DNA of 51,699 nt from Candidatus Parcubacteria bacterium (GTDB lineage Bacteria; Patescibacteriota; Patescibacteriia; Patescibacteriales; BM507): assembly GCA_002869265.1 (NCBI GenBank), contig PKTH01000030.1, forward strand, positions 1-51,699, given 5' to 3'. The stretch's first letter is position 1, and every line of letters starts with the position of its first letter. The translations under genes and the position numbers were made by a program. Under the pieces are notes generated by a model that worked only from the letters and a program-made list of their open reading frames with translations, did not search any database and was not told where the DNA came from. This document shows, one piece after another, positions 1-8,434 of this stretch.

Positions 1-95
1 ATAAGTTTTCTAAACTCTTGTGGATAATTATAACACAATAATTAAATAAATCAAATCTTTTTTTAATAAATCGTTTTTTATTGCTAATTTTAGAT

Positions 96-123
96 AAAAA
101 AAGCGAGGTCTTTTGACCTCGCT
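96..123 (-). terminator. Rho-independent terminator of leuA
   Basis: Perfect stem AGCGAGGTC-tttt-GACCTCGCT (102-123) with an A-run at 96-101 (U-tail on the minus strand), 7 nt past the leuA stop. Confidence 0.85.
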
Positions 124-130
124 ACATAAA

Positions 131-1726
131 TCAGGAAGCAATCACTTTATCACTTTCTTCTTTTTCAAAAACTTCAAGTTGGTGAAGCTCCCATTTTACA
201 ATTTTATTCAAAGCATTCGTATATGCCATGCCCGCTGCCGCGATTGAATCGGTATGAACTCCGTGACCACTAAAAGTTCGATCATACGCTTCAAGAACGA
301 CCGAGCAGGTTGCCTGAGCAGATATCCCCTTTGTGACATTGTCCATGCTGAAGACATCCAGCCGATAATCAGTCTTTGTAATCTCCTTGATTGCCTTAAA
401 GACCGCATCAACTGGTCCATTCCCCTTACATTCAAACTCTTTGTCTTTGCCATCACACTCCAGAGAAACATAGGCCTTCGCTTCCGACTCAGAATTGAAG
501 CTCCCTTCGATTAAATTGACGACAAACATATCGTCTTCAGCCGAGTCTCCTTGAACCAGGGTTAGAAGGTCGTCATCAAAGACTTCCATCTTCTTGTCAG
601 CCAATTCCTTGAAGCGCATAAATAGCTCTTCAATCTCTTCTTTGGAGAAGGTAAAACCCATTGCCTTTAGGCGGTTGGCAAGAACACGCTTGCTAGAGTG
701 TTTACCTAAAGGCAATTTGCTTTCCTTGAGACCAACCGACTCGGGAGTCATGATTTCGTAGGTTCTCTTATCCATCAGGAAACCATGTTGATGAATGCCT
801 GCCTCATGAGCAAAGGCATTGCCACCGACAATCGCTTTGTTGCGCTGAACCTGCATCCCCGTTGTGGCAACCAGCAGGCGGCTAGCTGGAACAATCTTTT
901 CAGTCACGACATCGGAATAGAAAGGAATGATGTCTCCCCTGGTCCGAAGAGCCATAACGATTTCTTCTAGGGAACAATTTCCGGCCCGTTCGCCAATACC
1001 ATTGATAGTACACTCGACCTGGCGAGCCCCAGCCATTACAGCTGAAAGCGAATTGGCAACTGCTAAACCGAGATCATTGTGACAATGGACTGAAATAATT
1101 GCCTGGTTGATATTGGGGACAAACTCCCGTAAGAAAGCAATGATTTGGCCGTACTCCCAAGGGGTGGTGTAACCCACCGTATCAGGAATATTTACCACAG
1201 TTGCCCCAGCGTCGATTACTTCTGTGATTACCTGTGCTAAAAATGGCAACCTGGTGCGTACTGCATCTTCGGCTGAGAATTCAACATTGCCTGCCGAATA
1301 AGAAGCCGCTCTCTTAACCGCCGCACGTGCTGCATTTACCACTTCTGATTCTGTCATCCGTAGCTTGTGCACCAAGTGAAGCTCGCTAGTCGCGATAAAG
1401 GTATGAATACGCGCCTTTTCTTCTGCATGCTGCAGTGCTTCCCAAGCTCGATCAATGTCCTTGTCGTTTGCGCGACAGAGACCAGCGACCTGCGGACCCT
1501 TGACCTCCTGAGCAATTCTTTTTACTGCCTCGAAATCACCCGGGGAAGCGATCGGAAAACCTGCCTCGATAACGTCAACATTCATTTCTGCCAACAAATG
1601 CGCAATTTGCAGCTTTTGCTCTGTGTTCATGGAACAGCCCGGTGATTGTTCACCATCTCGGAGGGTGGTATCGAAAATCTGAACCTTTCCCCCTTTTTCT
1701 TTTTCTACTACACTTTTGTCAGCCAT
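131..1726 (-). CDS. leuA: 2-isopropylmalate synthase
   Basis: DRE-TIM motifs IFDTTLRDGEQ, IEAGFP, HCHNDLG, GIGERAGN, AFAHEAGIHQHG; C-terminal regulatory domain with GNGPVDA; AAGGAG SD upstream; Leu-rich attenuator upstream. Confidence 0.93.
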   Translation of the reverse strand: MADKSVVEKEKGGKVQIFDTTLRDGEQSPGCSMNTEQKLQIAHLLAEMNVDVIEAGFPIASPGDFEAVKRIAQEVKGPQVAGLCRANDKDIDRAWEALQHAEEKARIHTFIATSELHLVHKLRMTESEVVNAARAAVKRAASYSAGNVEFSAEDAVRTRLPFLAQVITEVIDAGATVVNIPDTVGYTTPWEYGQIIAFLREFVPNINQAIISVHCHNDLGLAVANSLSAVMAGARQVECTINGIGERAGNCSLEEIVMALRTRGDIIPFYSDVVTEKIVPASRLLVATTGMQVQRNKAIVGGNAFAHEAGIHQHGFLMDKRTYEIMTPESVGLKESKLPLGKHSSKRVLANRLKAMGFTFSKEEIEELFMRFKELADKKMEVFDDDLLTLVQGDSAEDDMFVVNLIEGSFNSESEAKAYVSLECDGKDKEFECKGNGPVDAVFKAIKEITKTDYRLDVFSMDNVTKGISAQATCSVVLEAYDRTFSGHGVHTDSIAAAGMAYTNALNKIVKWELHQLEVFEKEESDKVIAS

Positions 1727-1798
1727 TCTTTATCTCCTTTGCTTGGGTTAGCTCAATAATTGAGCATTGGTTAAATAAAATTGAAAATTTCAAAGAAC

Positions 1799-1822
1799 AA
1801 AAAAATCACCCTCTTGGGTGAT
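1799..1822 (-). terminator. Attenuator terminator (3:4 hairpin) upstream of leuA
   Basis: Minus strand ATCACCC-AAGA-GGGTGAT followed by a T-run; the 5' arm CAAGATCACCC can pair alternatively with GGGTGACTTG inside the leader ORF. Confidence 0.85.
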
Positions 1823-1847
1823 CTTGCTTTTTTAGTTTATTTAAAAA

Positions 1848-1928
1848 CTATTTCATACGAAAACAAGTCACCCCTGGGGTAAGCAGTAATAAACCTAATA
1901 GTAAATTTTGCTTTTTAACTTGTATCAT
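1848..1928 (-). CDS. leuL: leu leader (attenuator) peptide MIQVKKQNLLLGLLLLTPGVTCFRMK
   Basis: Translated by hand; 7 Leu in 8 consecutive codons (TTA CTA TTA GGT TTA TTA CTG CTT), upstream of terminator/antiterminator and leuA. Not in the ORF track. Confidence 0.85.
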   Translation of the reverse strand: MIQVKKQNLLLGLLLLTPGVTCFRMK

Positions 1929-1936
1929 ATATGCCT

Positions 1937-1965
1937 AATATATATTAAAAATAGCTTTTTGTCAA
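1937..1965 (-). promoter_or_regulatory. Sigma70 promoter of the leu leader
   Basis: TTGACA (1965-1960), 17 nt, TATATT (1942-1937); leader ATG 8 nt after the -10 box. Confidence 0.7.
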
Positions 1966-1987
1966 TCAAATAAAAAATTGTGGTATT

Positions 1988-2155
1988 TTATTCTTTCCAG
2001 TCAGAAATAAGCAAATCCTTCCCCTTCTTTTTAACTACCAGCTTTTGCGACTCTCTCCAGCCGAGCTCTTTGACCAAATCCACCGGCAAAGTGAGGGCAT
2101 AGCTATTACCACTTTTAAAAATTTTTCTTATGCTTCTATTAATTATTTTTCTCAT
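1988..2155 (-). CDS. AbrB/MazE/SpoVT-family DNA-binding protein, 55 aa (MRKIINRSIRKIFKSGNSYALTLPVDLVKELGWRESQKLVVKKKGKDLLISDWKE)
   Basis: Translated by hand; swapped-hairpin signature K-x-G-N-S-x-x-L-T-L-P...L-G-W; below the ORF-track length cutoff. Confidence 0.8.
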   Translation of the reverse strand: MRKIINRSIRKIFKSGNSYALTLPVDLVKELGWRESQKLVVKKKGKDLLISDWKE

Positions 2156-2160
2156 ATAAA

Positions 2161-2194
2161 TGTCTATACATGTGTCTATACATATGTATAGACA
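2161..2194. promoter_or_regulatory. Triple 11-bp box with perfect 22-bp palindrome, putative operator
   Basis: TGTCTATACAT at 2161-2171 and 2173-2183, inverted copy at 2184-2194; sits between the argS stop and the AbrB-like start. Confidence 0.55.
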
Positions 2195-2202
2195 TAAATT
2201 TA

Positions 2203-3900
2203 TTACATCTCTTCCATGGTGTCTATCCCTAAGAGGTTTAAACCATTTTTTATAATATTTTGGACGCTAAAAACCAAGGCCAATCTAGCTTTTTTCTCCT
2301 CTTCTCCAGATTTCAATATTTTTACCGAGTGATAGTAGTCATTTAGTGACTGAGCTAGGTCAAATAAATATTTAGCTATTTCGCTTGGGTTATAGTCCTC
2401 AGCTGCCTTTTTCACCACCTCTGAATATTTTGCTATTTTAATTACTAAAATATTTTCTTTGTCTTCTTTTAATTCTGAAAAATCAATGCTCTTTTTATCA
2501 AAATCTCCAGCTTTACGAAGAATGCTTGCTATACGAGCGTAAGTGTATTGTAAATAAGCAGCAGTATAACCATCGAAACGCAGGGCTTGATCGGTATCAA
2601 AAGTAATAACCTGGTCTGAGCCAACCTTAAGCATCTCAAACTTCATCGCTCCAAAGATTATTTTCTCTGCCACTTCTTTTACTTTATACTCTGGCCAATC
2701 TTCATGTCTTTTTTTAGTTTCATCAAAAGATTTTTTGAAGGCTTCTTCTTTGAGCTGTTCATAGGTAACTGTATTGCCGCTCCTGGAAGACATCGCGCCA
2801 TCAGGAAGAGTTACAAAATCATGATCAAGATGAACAAGCTTTTGCTTGTAGCCCATCAATTCAATAACTTTAAAAAGCTGTTTAAAGTGAAGTTTTTGCC
2901 TATTATCAACTACGTATATTGATTCGTTTAATTTATACTTTTCAATTTTGTATTTAGCTAGTGGAATATCAGCCACTGGATACAGGGCTGTCCCGTCACT
3001 ACGCATAAAAACCATTACCCCTAAATTGTATTCTTCTAGATCGGCAATAATTGCTCCATCACTTTCTTTTAAAATCCCCTTTTTCAGCATCTCCGTCACT
3101 TGTTTGATGCCTTCATCAATAAATTCATTTTCATAAAAAACATGATCTATTTTTACTCCCAGTTCTTTATAAATAGCATCAAATTGCTTAATACTCCACT
3201 CTCTGGTTTTTTTCCATAATTCATATTCTGGCCCTTCTCGTGACTCTATCTTTTTCATTATAAAAGCGGCTGTTTGTTTACCAACTTCATTGTTTTCAAG
3301 CTCCTTACTGGCCCGAACATAAATCTCACCTAAAAATGCTCCCTTATTACTTGGGACCAAGGTTCTTTTATAAAACTCATTATAGGCCCACAGGGTTTTA
3401 GCTGTATGGATACCAAAGTCATTAATATAAGAAACCGGCAAAACATCATAACCATTAGCTGAAAGAATTCTAGAAACTGAATCTCCAAAACTAATATTTC
3501 GAAGATGCCCCACATGATATTCTTTATGAGTATTTACGTTTGAAAATTCAATCATCACTCTCTTTTTTTTGCCAGACTTATTTGTTCCAAAACCTTCCGT
3601 CTTTTTAGAAACATCCTTAAATATTTCTTTAAAAAGCATTGACTTGTTTAAAAAGAAGTTGAGATAAGGCCCCATGGCAACCAAGGACTGAATTTCTTCA
3701 AATTTATCACCTAGATCTTTAACCAGTTCTTGGGAAAGTTCAACTGGAGTTTTGCCCAATTCTTTAGAAAGTTTAAAGCAAGGCATACTCAGGTCTCCCA
3801 TTTCTTTATTCGGTGGATAAGAAAAATCGGACATCTCTAAAATGTCTTTATTGTATTTTGTATTTAACTCTTTGAGTATTTTTTTCTTTATGTTTTCCAT
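2203..3900 (-). CDS. argS: Arginine--tRNA ligase
   Basis: Class I HIGH-like HVGHLRN, GPYLNF, MSSRSG (KMSKS-like), YLQYTYARIASILRK, C-terminal GLNLLGI..EEM. Confidence 0.96.
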   Translation of the reverse strand: MENIKKKILKELNTKYNKDILEMSDFSYPPNKEMGDLSMPCFKLSKELGKTPVELSQELVKDLGDKFEEIQSLVAMGPYLNFFLNKSMLFKEIFKDVSKKTEGFGTNKSGKKKRVMIEFSNVNTHKEYHVGHLRNISFGDSVSRILSANGYDVLPVSYINDFGIHTAKTLWAYNEFYKRTLVPSNKGAFLGEIYVRASKELENNEVGKQTAAFIMKKIESREGPEYELWKKTREWSIKQFDAIYKELGVKIDHVFYENEFIDEGIKQVTEMLKKGILKESDGAIIADLEEYNLGVMVFMRSDGTALYPVADIPLAKYKIEKYKLNESIYVVDNRQKLHFKQLFKVIELMGYKQKLVHLDHDFVTLPDGAMSSRSGNTVTYEQLKEEAFKKSFDETKKRHEDWPEYKVKEVAEKIIFGAMKFEMLKVGSDQVITFDTDQALRFDGYTAAYLQYTYARIASILRKAGDFDKKSIDFSELKEDKENILVIKIAKYSEVVKKAAEDYNPSEIAKYLFDLAQSLNDYYHSVKILKSGEEEKKARLALVFSVQNIIKNGLNLLGIDTMEEM

Positions 3901-4605
3901 TTAATTAAATATCCCTTCTTTTTGTATCTCCTTTTCTTCCTCTTTAACTTCAGAAATAAGCCTCTTTCTGGATTTGTAGAATTGTAGCAAGGTAAAGACA
4001 ATAATGCTAGCCACCAGTATCCCTGATATATTTAAACCAGTAACAGCTATAAATCTATAAAAATAATCTAACTCTTTCAGTGATAATGAAAGACCTGAGG
4101 CAGTTAGAGGTGGAATAAGTGTAACAGTAATTGCAATCCCAGGCAATATAGAATTTAGGTCAGGTTTTACCCAGGTATAGCTAGCAGCGAGTCCAGCAAT
4201 AAAAGCTATCACAAAAGGAATCCAACCCACTTCGAGATTGTTTAGAAGAGTGATGCTCTCGATGTCAAAAATATTAAAATGTCCTACCAAAAATGCAATA
4301 AAAAGGGTCCAAGTAGCTGAGTAGAAAAATATCTTTAGAGACCTAGCTAAAACGTGGGCATTTAGAATAACTACTCCCAAGGAAAGCGCTAAAATGGGTG
4401 ATAAAATAGGGGTCACTAACATTCCCCCAATAACCAAAACAACGTTGTCTAGAATAAGACCAAAGGAAACAATAAGAGTCGATAAAACAACCAAAAAATA
4501 AAAATCAAACTTCGGAGCGCTTGATTCAATGATTGTAGTACAGAAATGATTTCTGTCTGATTGATCAACCTTTAGAAAGGCAAAAGAATCTAAAATTTTC
4601 TTCAT
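3901..4605 (-). CDS. DUF389 (TIGR00341-like) multi-pass membrane protein
   Basis: Motifs GLILDN..LVIGGMLVTPILSPI and LPGIAITVTLIPPL; about 6-7 hydrophobic segments. Confidence 0.8.
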   Translation of the reverse strand: MKKILDSFAFLKVDQSDRNHFCTTIIESSAPKFDFYFLVVLSTLIVSFGLILDNVVLVIGGMLVTPILSPILALSLGVVILNAHVLARSLKIFFYSATWTLFIAFLVGHFNIFDIESITLLNNLEVGWIPFVIAFIAGLAASYTWVKPDLNSILPGIAITVTLIPPLTASGLSLSLKELDYFYRFIAVTGLNISGILVASIIVFTLLQFYKSRKRLISEVKEEEKEIQKEGIFN

Positions 4606-4755
4606 AAGCTATAATCTATACATATATTGTATCTTATCTATATTAATTTTTCAATTTGATTTTGCTTATATCAGCCTAAAAAAATATTTATTAAACAATT
4701 TTTTCTATTTTTTGTCTAATATAAGGTATTTTTTAATTTTTTTCTTAGTTTTTTG

Positions 4756-4764
4756 TGCTATAAT
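4756..4764 (+). promoter_or_regulatory. Extended -10 promoter (TGCTATAAT)
   Basis: TGnTATAAT about 20 nt upstream of the ATG at 4784. Confidence 0.55.
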
Positions 4765-4783
4765 TTAACAAGTAAATATCTCT

Positions 4784-5287
4784 ATGACTAAAAAATTAAT
4801 CAAATTTGGATTTTTCGTTTTTGTGTTTTTTTCTGCTTTTGGAATTGTGAATGCCGATGAGCGAATTGCAAACGAAAACGTAATAAGTGACGCTAGTATT
4901 TCTCTCGAACTTGCCTTCTTTGATGCTAGCTCAAGTACTGGAATTTTAAATATCATGGTTGACCCGGGCTCACAAAGTGCTAACGCCAGTGGTCTCGTTC
5001 TAAACTTTGCAACTAGCACGATCCAAATAAATAGCATACTAACTGGAAACTCGTTTTGCAGTTTTTTTCTTGAAAACAATTTCGATAATAGTACTGGAAA
5101 ATTGAGTTTAAGCGGAATGAAACCCTACCCTGGAATAGCCACCTCAAGCCTTATGGGACAAATATTTTTTGAAAAGATCTCAACTAGTTCATCTGATATT
5201 ATCATCAACCAAGACGAATCAATGGTCTTAGCCAACAACGGCTATGCTACGAACGTCCTAGCAACAAGCAGCTCACTTAAGTTGTAA
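4784..5287 (+). CDS. Secreted single cohesin-like domain protein
   Basis: Signal peptide; beta-rich domain with SANASGLVLNF, DNSTGKLSLSG and MVLANNGYATNVL, matching VLANDGKGTNIL in the cohesin paralogs. Confidence 0.65.
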   Translation: MTKKLIKFGFFVFVFFSAFGIVNADERIANENVISDASISLELAFFDASSSTGILNIMVDPGSQSANASGLVLNFATSTIQINSILTGNSFCSFFLENNFDNSTGKLSLSGMKPYPGIATSSLMGQIFFEKISTSSSDIIINQDESMVLANNGYATNVLATSSSLKL

Positions 5288-5306
5288 TTAATTTAAGACA
5301 CAATTC

Positions 5307-5469
5307 CCCCGAACATTGAAAATTTTGGAGTAAAATGAAGCGTAGAAATCTTTGCAAAACATCCGATGATTGAGCGCAGGGAGTTCGGAATTTTGCTAGA
5401 TTTCATAGCGAAATGATCCAAAGTTATTCCTGTTCGGGGTTTTTACTCCACTTTTTTTAAAAAAGTGGA
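5307..5469. other. Long imperfect hairpin (candidate ncRNA or MITE/REP-like element) plus adjacent palindrome
   Basis: CCCCGAACA (5307-5315) pairs with TGTTCGGGG (5431-5439); inner arms TTTTGGA/TCCAAAG, GAAATCT/AGATTTC, GCAAAA/TTTTGC, TCCGA/TCGGA; then TCCACTTTT..AAAAGTGGA (5447-5469). Confidence 0.5.
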
Positions 5470-5511
5470 TCTGAAAATTGTTTTTAACTTAACTATATTC
5501 TTATAATCAAT

Positions 5512-5544
5512 AAAAAAGTACGCACAAATACTGCGTACTTTTTT
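5512..5544. terminator. Bidirectional intrinsic terminator
   Basis: AAAAAAGTACGCA-caaatac-TGCGTACTTTTTT between convergent genes. Confidence 0.85.
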
Positions 5545-5559
5545 GATATTTAAGCCTAG

Positions 5560-7314
5560 CTATCTAGCTAAATCCTCTACATCTTCAACCTCTTTCATAA
5601 CCTTTTTCTCCATCGCATCAATCTTTGCTCTTAAGGTGGTTTGAGTTTCATCGAGTAGTTTCTTCTGAGCGGCTGAAGTTCTTCCCTTGGCTAAGGTCTT
5701 AAAGTCCTCTTCTATTTCCTTTCTGAGTTCTTTAATGTTTTGTTTTAAAACATCCTCAACCTCTGTTGCCTCTTTTCTTAGTTTCTTCCGAGCAATCCTC
5801 GCCAAGAAGATGGACATTATAATTATTAGCAGTATCAAGAACAAAAGACTGACAAAAACAGTAAAATAATTAACTACAAAATCACCAATTCTAGTAAATA
5901 TAGGAGGGCTTACTAAGATACCGACCTTTTCGCTGTTTGCACTACTGAGACCGTTTTTATTCTTTGCTTGAACCCAGGCCATATAACTGCCGTTTGGCAT
6001 GTCATCTTCGTTTATGATAAACCAGTTTCCATTTTGATCAGACTTTGTCTCCTTGCTTATCATTGTGCCATCTTTTTGCACAAATAGTTTTATAAGCACA
6101 TCTGGAAGAGCTGTACCACTAATATATAGGTTATCACTAGAGGTCATCTCAGTAGGATAGTGTAGAATAACTGGGGTCTCGATAGCATTTATATAAAATT
6201 TCTGCTCAGCATATGTTTCATTTCCAGCTGCATCGATTGCTTTTACTAAAACCGTGTGTTCTCCCACCTCTAAACCACTAACTTTCAAATATGGTTCCTC
6301 TGCTCCATTTTCATAAGCATCTTCGTTTAAACTATTAACGATAATCTCGTAATTAACAACACCTGAGTATTCGTCTAGAGCTTCGAAGAAAAGAGACGGC
6401 CAGTCTTCACCTTCTTCTTTTTTTACTTCAATTTCAAATGGTAATGGAGGAGTATTATCTATCTGAAATCGGAAATGAGAAACTGTACCCCAACCACTTG
6501 AATCTCTAAACTTCAAATGAAAATAGTATATTCCATCCTCATTATCATTAAATTCCATATTGTCCTCAAGTCCATCAGAAACATTGCCCGGAACACTTGA
6601 TGGAGAATCATCCATTAGATAACTTATGCCAGTTACCCCCGATGGCAGATCCCAGTTTAATTGAACATTTCTGTTTTTATACCAAACCTGACTATCAGGA
6701 TGAGTGGCCGAGCTTATTGTAGGCTTAATTCTTGCTGTTTCAACTGGCTCTGGTTTTGTTGTTGGTTTAGTGTCTGTATTGTCTGAGGTGTTGTTATTTG
6801 CTGGAGGGGTTACCTTTGGGGAGATTGTATACCTACCTGAACCCATGCTAGCCAATATGTTTGTTCCCTTTCCATCATTCGCTAAAACTGCTCCAGATGA
6901 GAAACTAATTTGAGCGCCATCTGTTTTTACTGCCTTAAAAGTAACAGAAAAAAGTGTTCCTCCAGCTCCTGTGTAACCTGGCCTTGGGATGCCTCCACCA
7001 AAACTTATGGATGAACCAGTATCAACCGGATCAGCTGTCCAAAGGTTAAAGATAGAACCTCCTTTTGAAATACTAACCACATCCAATCTGTCAGTATCAT
7101 AGACAAGCGTTCCTTCCGCGGCATTAATCGGGGCGCCATCTGTATTCACCTTTACTGTAACAGTAAAAGTAGAATTGATAACATGGGTGCCTGATGATGG
7201 AGTCAAATAGAGTGAAGCACTGGCAGCGTCTGCTTGTTCTACATTAATTAGTCCAAAAAATAAAAATACAAAAACTGTCAAAAGAATTTTTGATTTTAAA
7301 AATATTTTATTCAT
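5560..7314 (-). CDS. Membrane-anchored cohesin-domain protein (signal peptide, cohesin, P/T linker, Ig-like domains, TM, cytoplasmic coiled coil)
   Basis: N-terminal SLYLTPSSG..FTVTVKVNT..INAAEGTLVYD cohesin-like pattern; TM VFVSLLFLILLIIIMSIFL; paralog of 33497-35260. Confidence 0.75.
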   Translation of the reverse strand: MNKIFLKSKILLTVFVFLFFGLINVEQADAASASLYLTPSSGTHVINSTFTVTVKVNTDGAPINAAEGTLVYDTDRLDVVSISKGGSIFNLWTADPVDTGSSISFGGGIPRPGYTGAGGTLFSVTFKAVKTDGAQISFSSGAVLANDGKGTNILASMGSGRYTISPKVTPPANNNTSDNTDTKPTTKPEPVETARIKPTISSATHPDSQVWYKNRNVQLNWDLPSGVTGISYLMDDSPSSVPGNVSDGLEDNMEFNDNEDGIYYFHLKFRDSSGWGTVSHFRFQIDNTPPLPFEIEVKKEEGEDWPSLFFEALDEYSGVVNYEIIVNSLNEDAYENGAEEPYLKVSGLEVGEHTVLVKAIDAAGNETYAEQKFYINAIETPVILHYPTEMTSSDNLYISGTALPDVLIKLFVQKDGTMISKETKSDQNGNWFIINEDDMPNGSYMAWVQAKNKNGLSSANSEKVGILVSPPIFTRIGDFVVNYFTVFVSLLFLILLIIIMSIFLARIARKKLRKEATEVEDVLKQNIKELRKEIEEDFKTLAKGRTSAAQKKLLDETQTTLRAKIDAMEKKVMKEVEDVEDLAR

Positions 7315-7335
7315 ACCTCCTTGATATAATTATTA

Positions 7336-8427
7336 TTATTGTTGTTTGTTTTCTAAGTCCTCTGTCTCATCCATCTCTTCCTCTACTGCTTTCATAGACT
7401 TTAATTTCCTGTAGATATATCTGGCAAAAATAAATACCAGGAATGCTATTATTAATAATATTAGCACAGCTGCCCCTATTATTAAATAGTCAAAGTCAAC
7501 CACTTTAGCTGTGTTAGGCTTTTCTGGGATATATTCAACACTCCTCTCGTTTCCAGCCCTATCAACTGCCTTAACTCGAATAATGCTCCTTAGACTTTGA
7601 TCTTTTAGAAGCTGTGGTGTTTTGGCTATCTCCCACTCTGCTTCAGGTGACTCTTTGAAAAATTCAATTAATTTCTCTGTTAAAGTTTTCTCAACATTTT
7701 GCTTTGCGCTTTCTAATATTTCGTAATGGTCTATACCACTCTGTTTATCTATACTTGAAAAAATTGCAAAATATTGTCCTTGAAAAATATTATCGCTTTG
7801 GTGTAATTCAATCACAAAGGGTTCTGGTTTTATGCTGTCGCTTTTTATATAAGCATCATAATCGCCCGCTTCGGTGCCTGAATTTTTATTCAATTTAATG
7901 CTAAGATTTTTTGTTTTAAGCCTATCTTCTGTTCCTAGGCCGTCATTGACATACACCTTGGCATCTTCAAGTTTGATGTTAAGAGTTTCTGGAATAGCCT
8001 CTCCAACGTAAAAACCTGGTATTCTAAAAAGAAGTCGTCCCACTAGATTGCTTTCTCCCGGGTCTCCTGGAATCTTTCCGCAATAACCGCCTGGGATTCC
8101 TCCAGCAATATAGATTTCCCCAATTCCACTTGAATCTAGAATCTCGGCCTCGGATGGTTGCTCCACCCAAACGTTTATCAAAGACTCCCCGCTGACAAAA
8201 TCTTCTAAATAAAGAAGGTTAGGAGGAAAGGTAATTTTTGTTTCTACGGTGTTCACACAAACATCGTCTATGTCGAGTGAAATATTTACAGTAAAAGAGT
8301 CCCCTAGCCCATATTCTTGCTTAGCTGAATCTAGACTCAGGCTGGCGGCTTGAGCATTTAGAGGTATTAAAGTTATAAATAATAATCCTAGTAAATATTT
8401 TTTCATAAAATTATTTGAAATTTTCAT
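7336..8427 (-). CDS. Membrane-anchored cohesin-domain protein
   Basis: Signal peptide, GDSFTVNISLD..VNTVETKITFP..AGGIPGG..VYVNDGLGT; SGIDHYEI..VKAVDRAGN Ig-like domain; C-terminal TM. Start may be the ATG at 8406. Confidence 0.7.
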   Translation of the reverse strand: MKISNNFMKKYLLGLLFITLIPLNAQAASLSLDSAKQEYGLGDSFTVNISLDIDDVCVNTVETKITFPPNLLYLEDFVSGESLINVWVEQPSEAEILDSSGIGEIYIAGGIPGGYCGKIPGDPGESNLVGRLLFRIPGFYVGEAIPETLNIKLEDAKVYVNDGLGTEDRLKTKNLSIKLNKNSGTEAGDYDAYIKSDSIKPEPFVIELHQSDNIFQGQYFAIFSSIDKQSGIDHYEILESAKQNVEKTLTEKLIEFFKESPEAEWEIAKTPQLLKDQSLRSIIRVKAVDRAGNERSVEYIPEKPNTAKVVDFDYLIIGAAVLILLIIAFLVFIFARYIYRKLKSMKAVEEEMDETEDLENKQQ

Positions 8428-8434
8428 AAATATA

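Noticed and set aside
1988..2155. MazEF or VapBC toxin-antitoxin pair
   Set aside because: No toxin ORF; the downstream space is taken by the leu promoter and leader.
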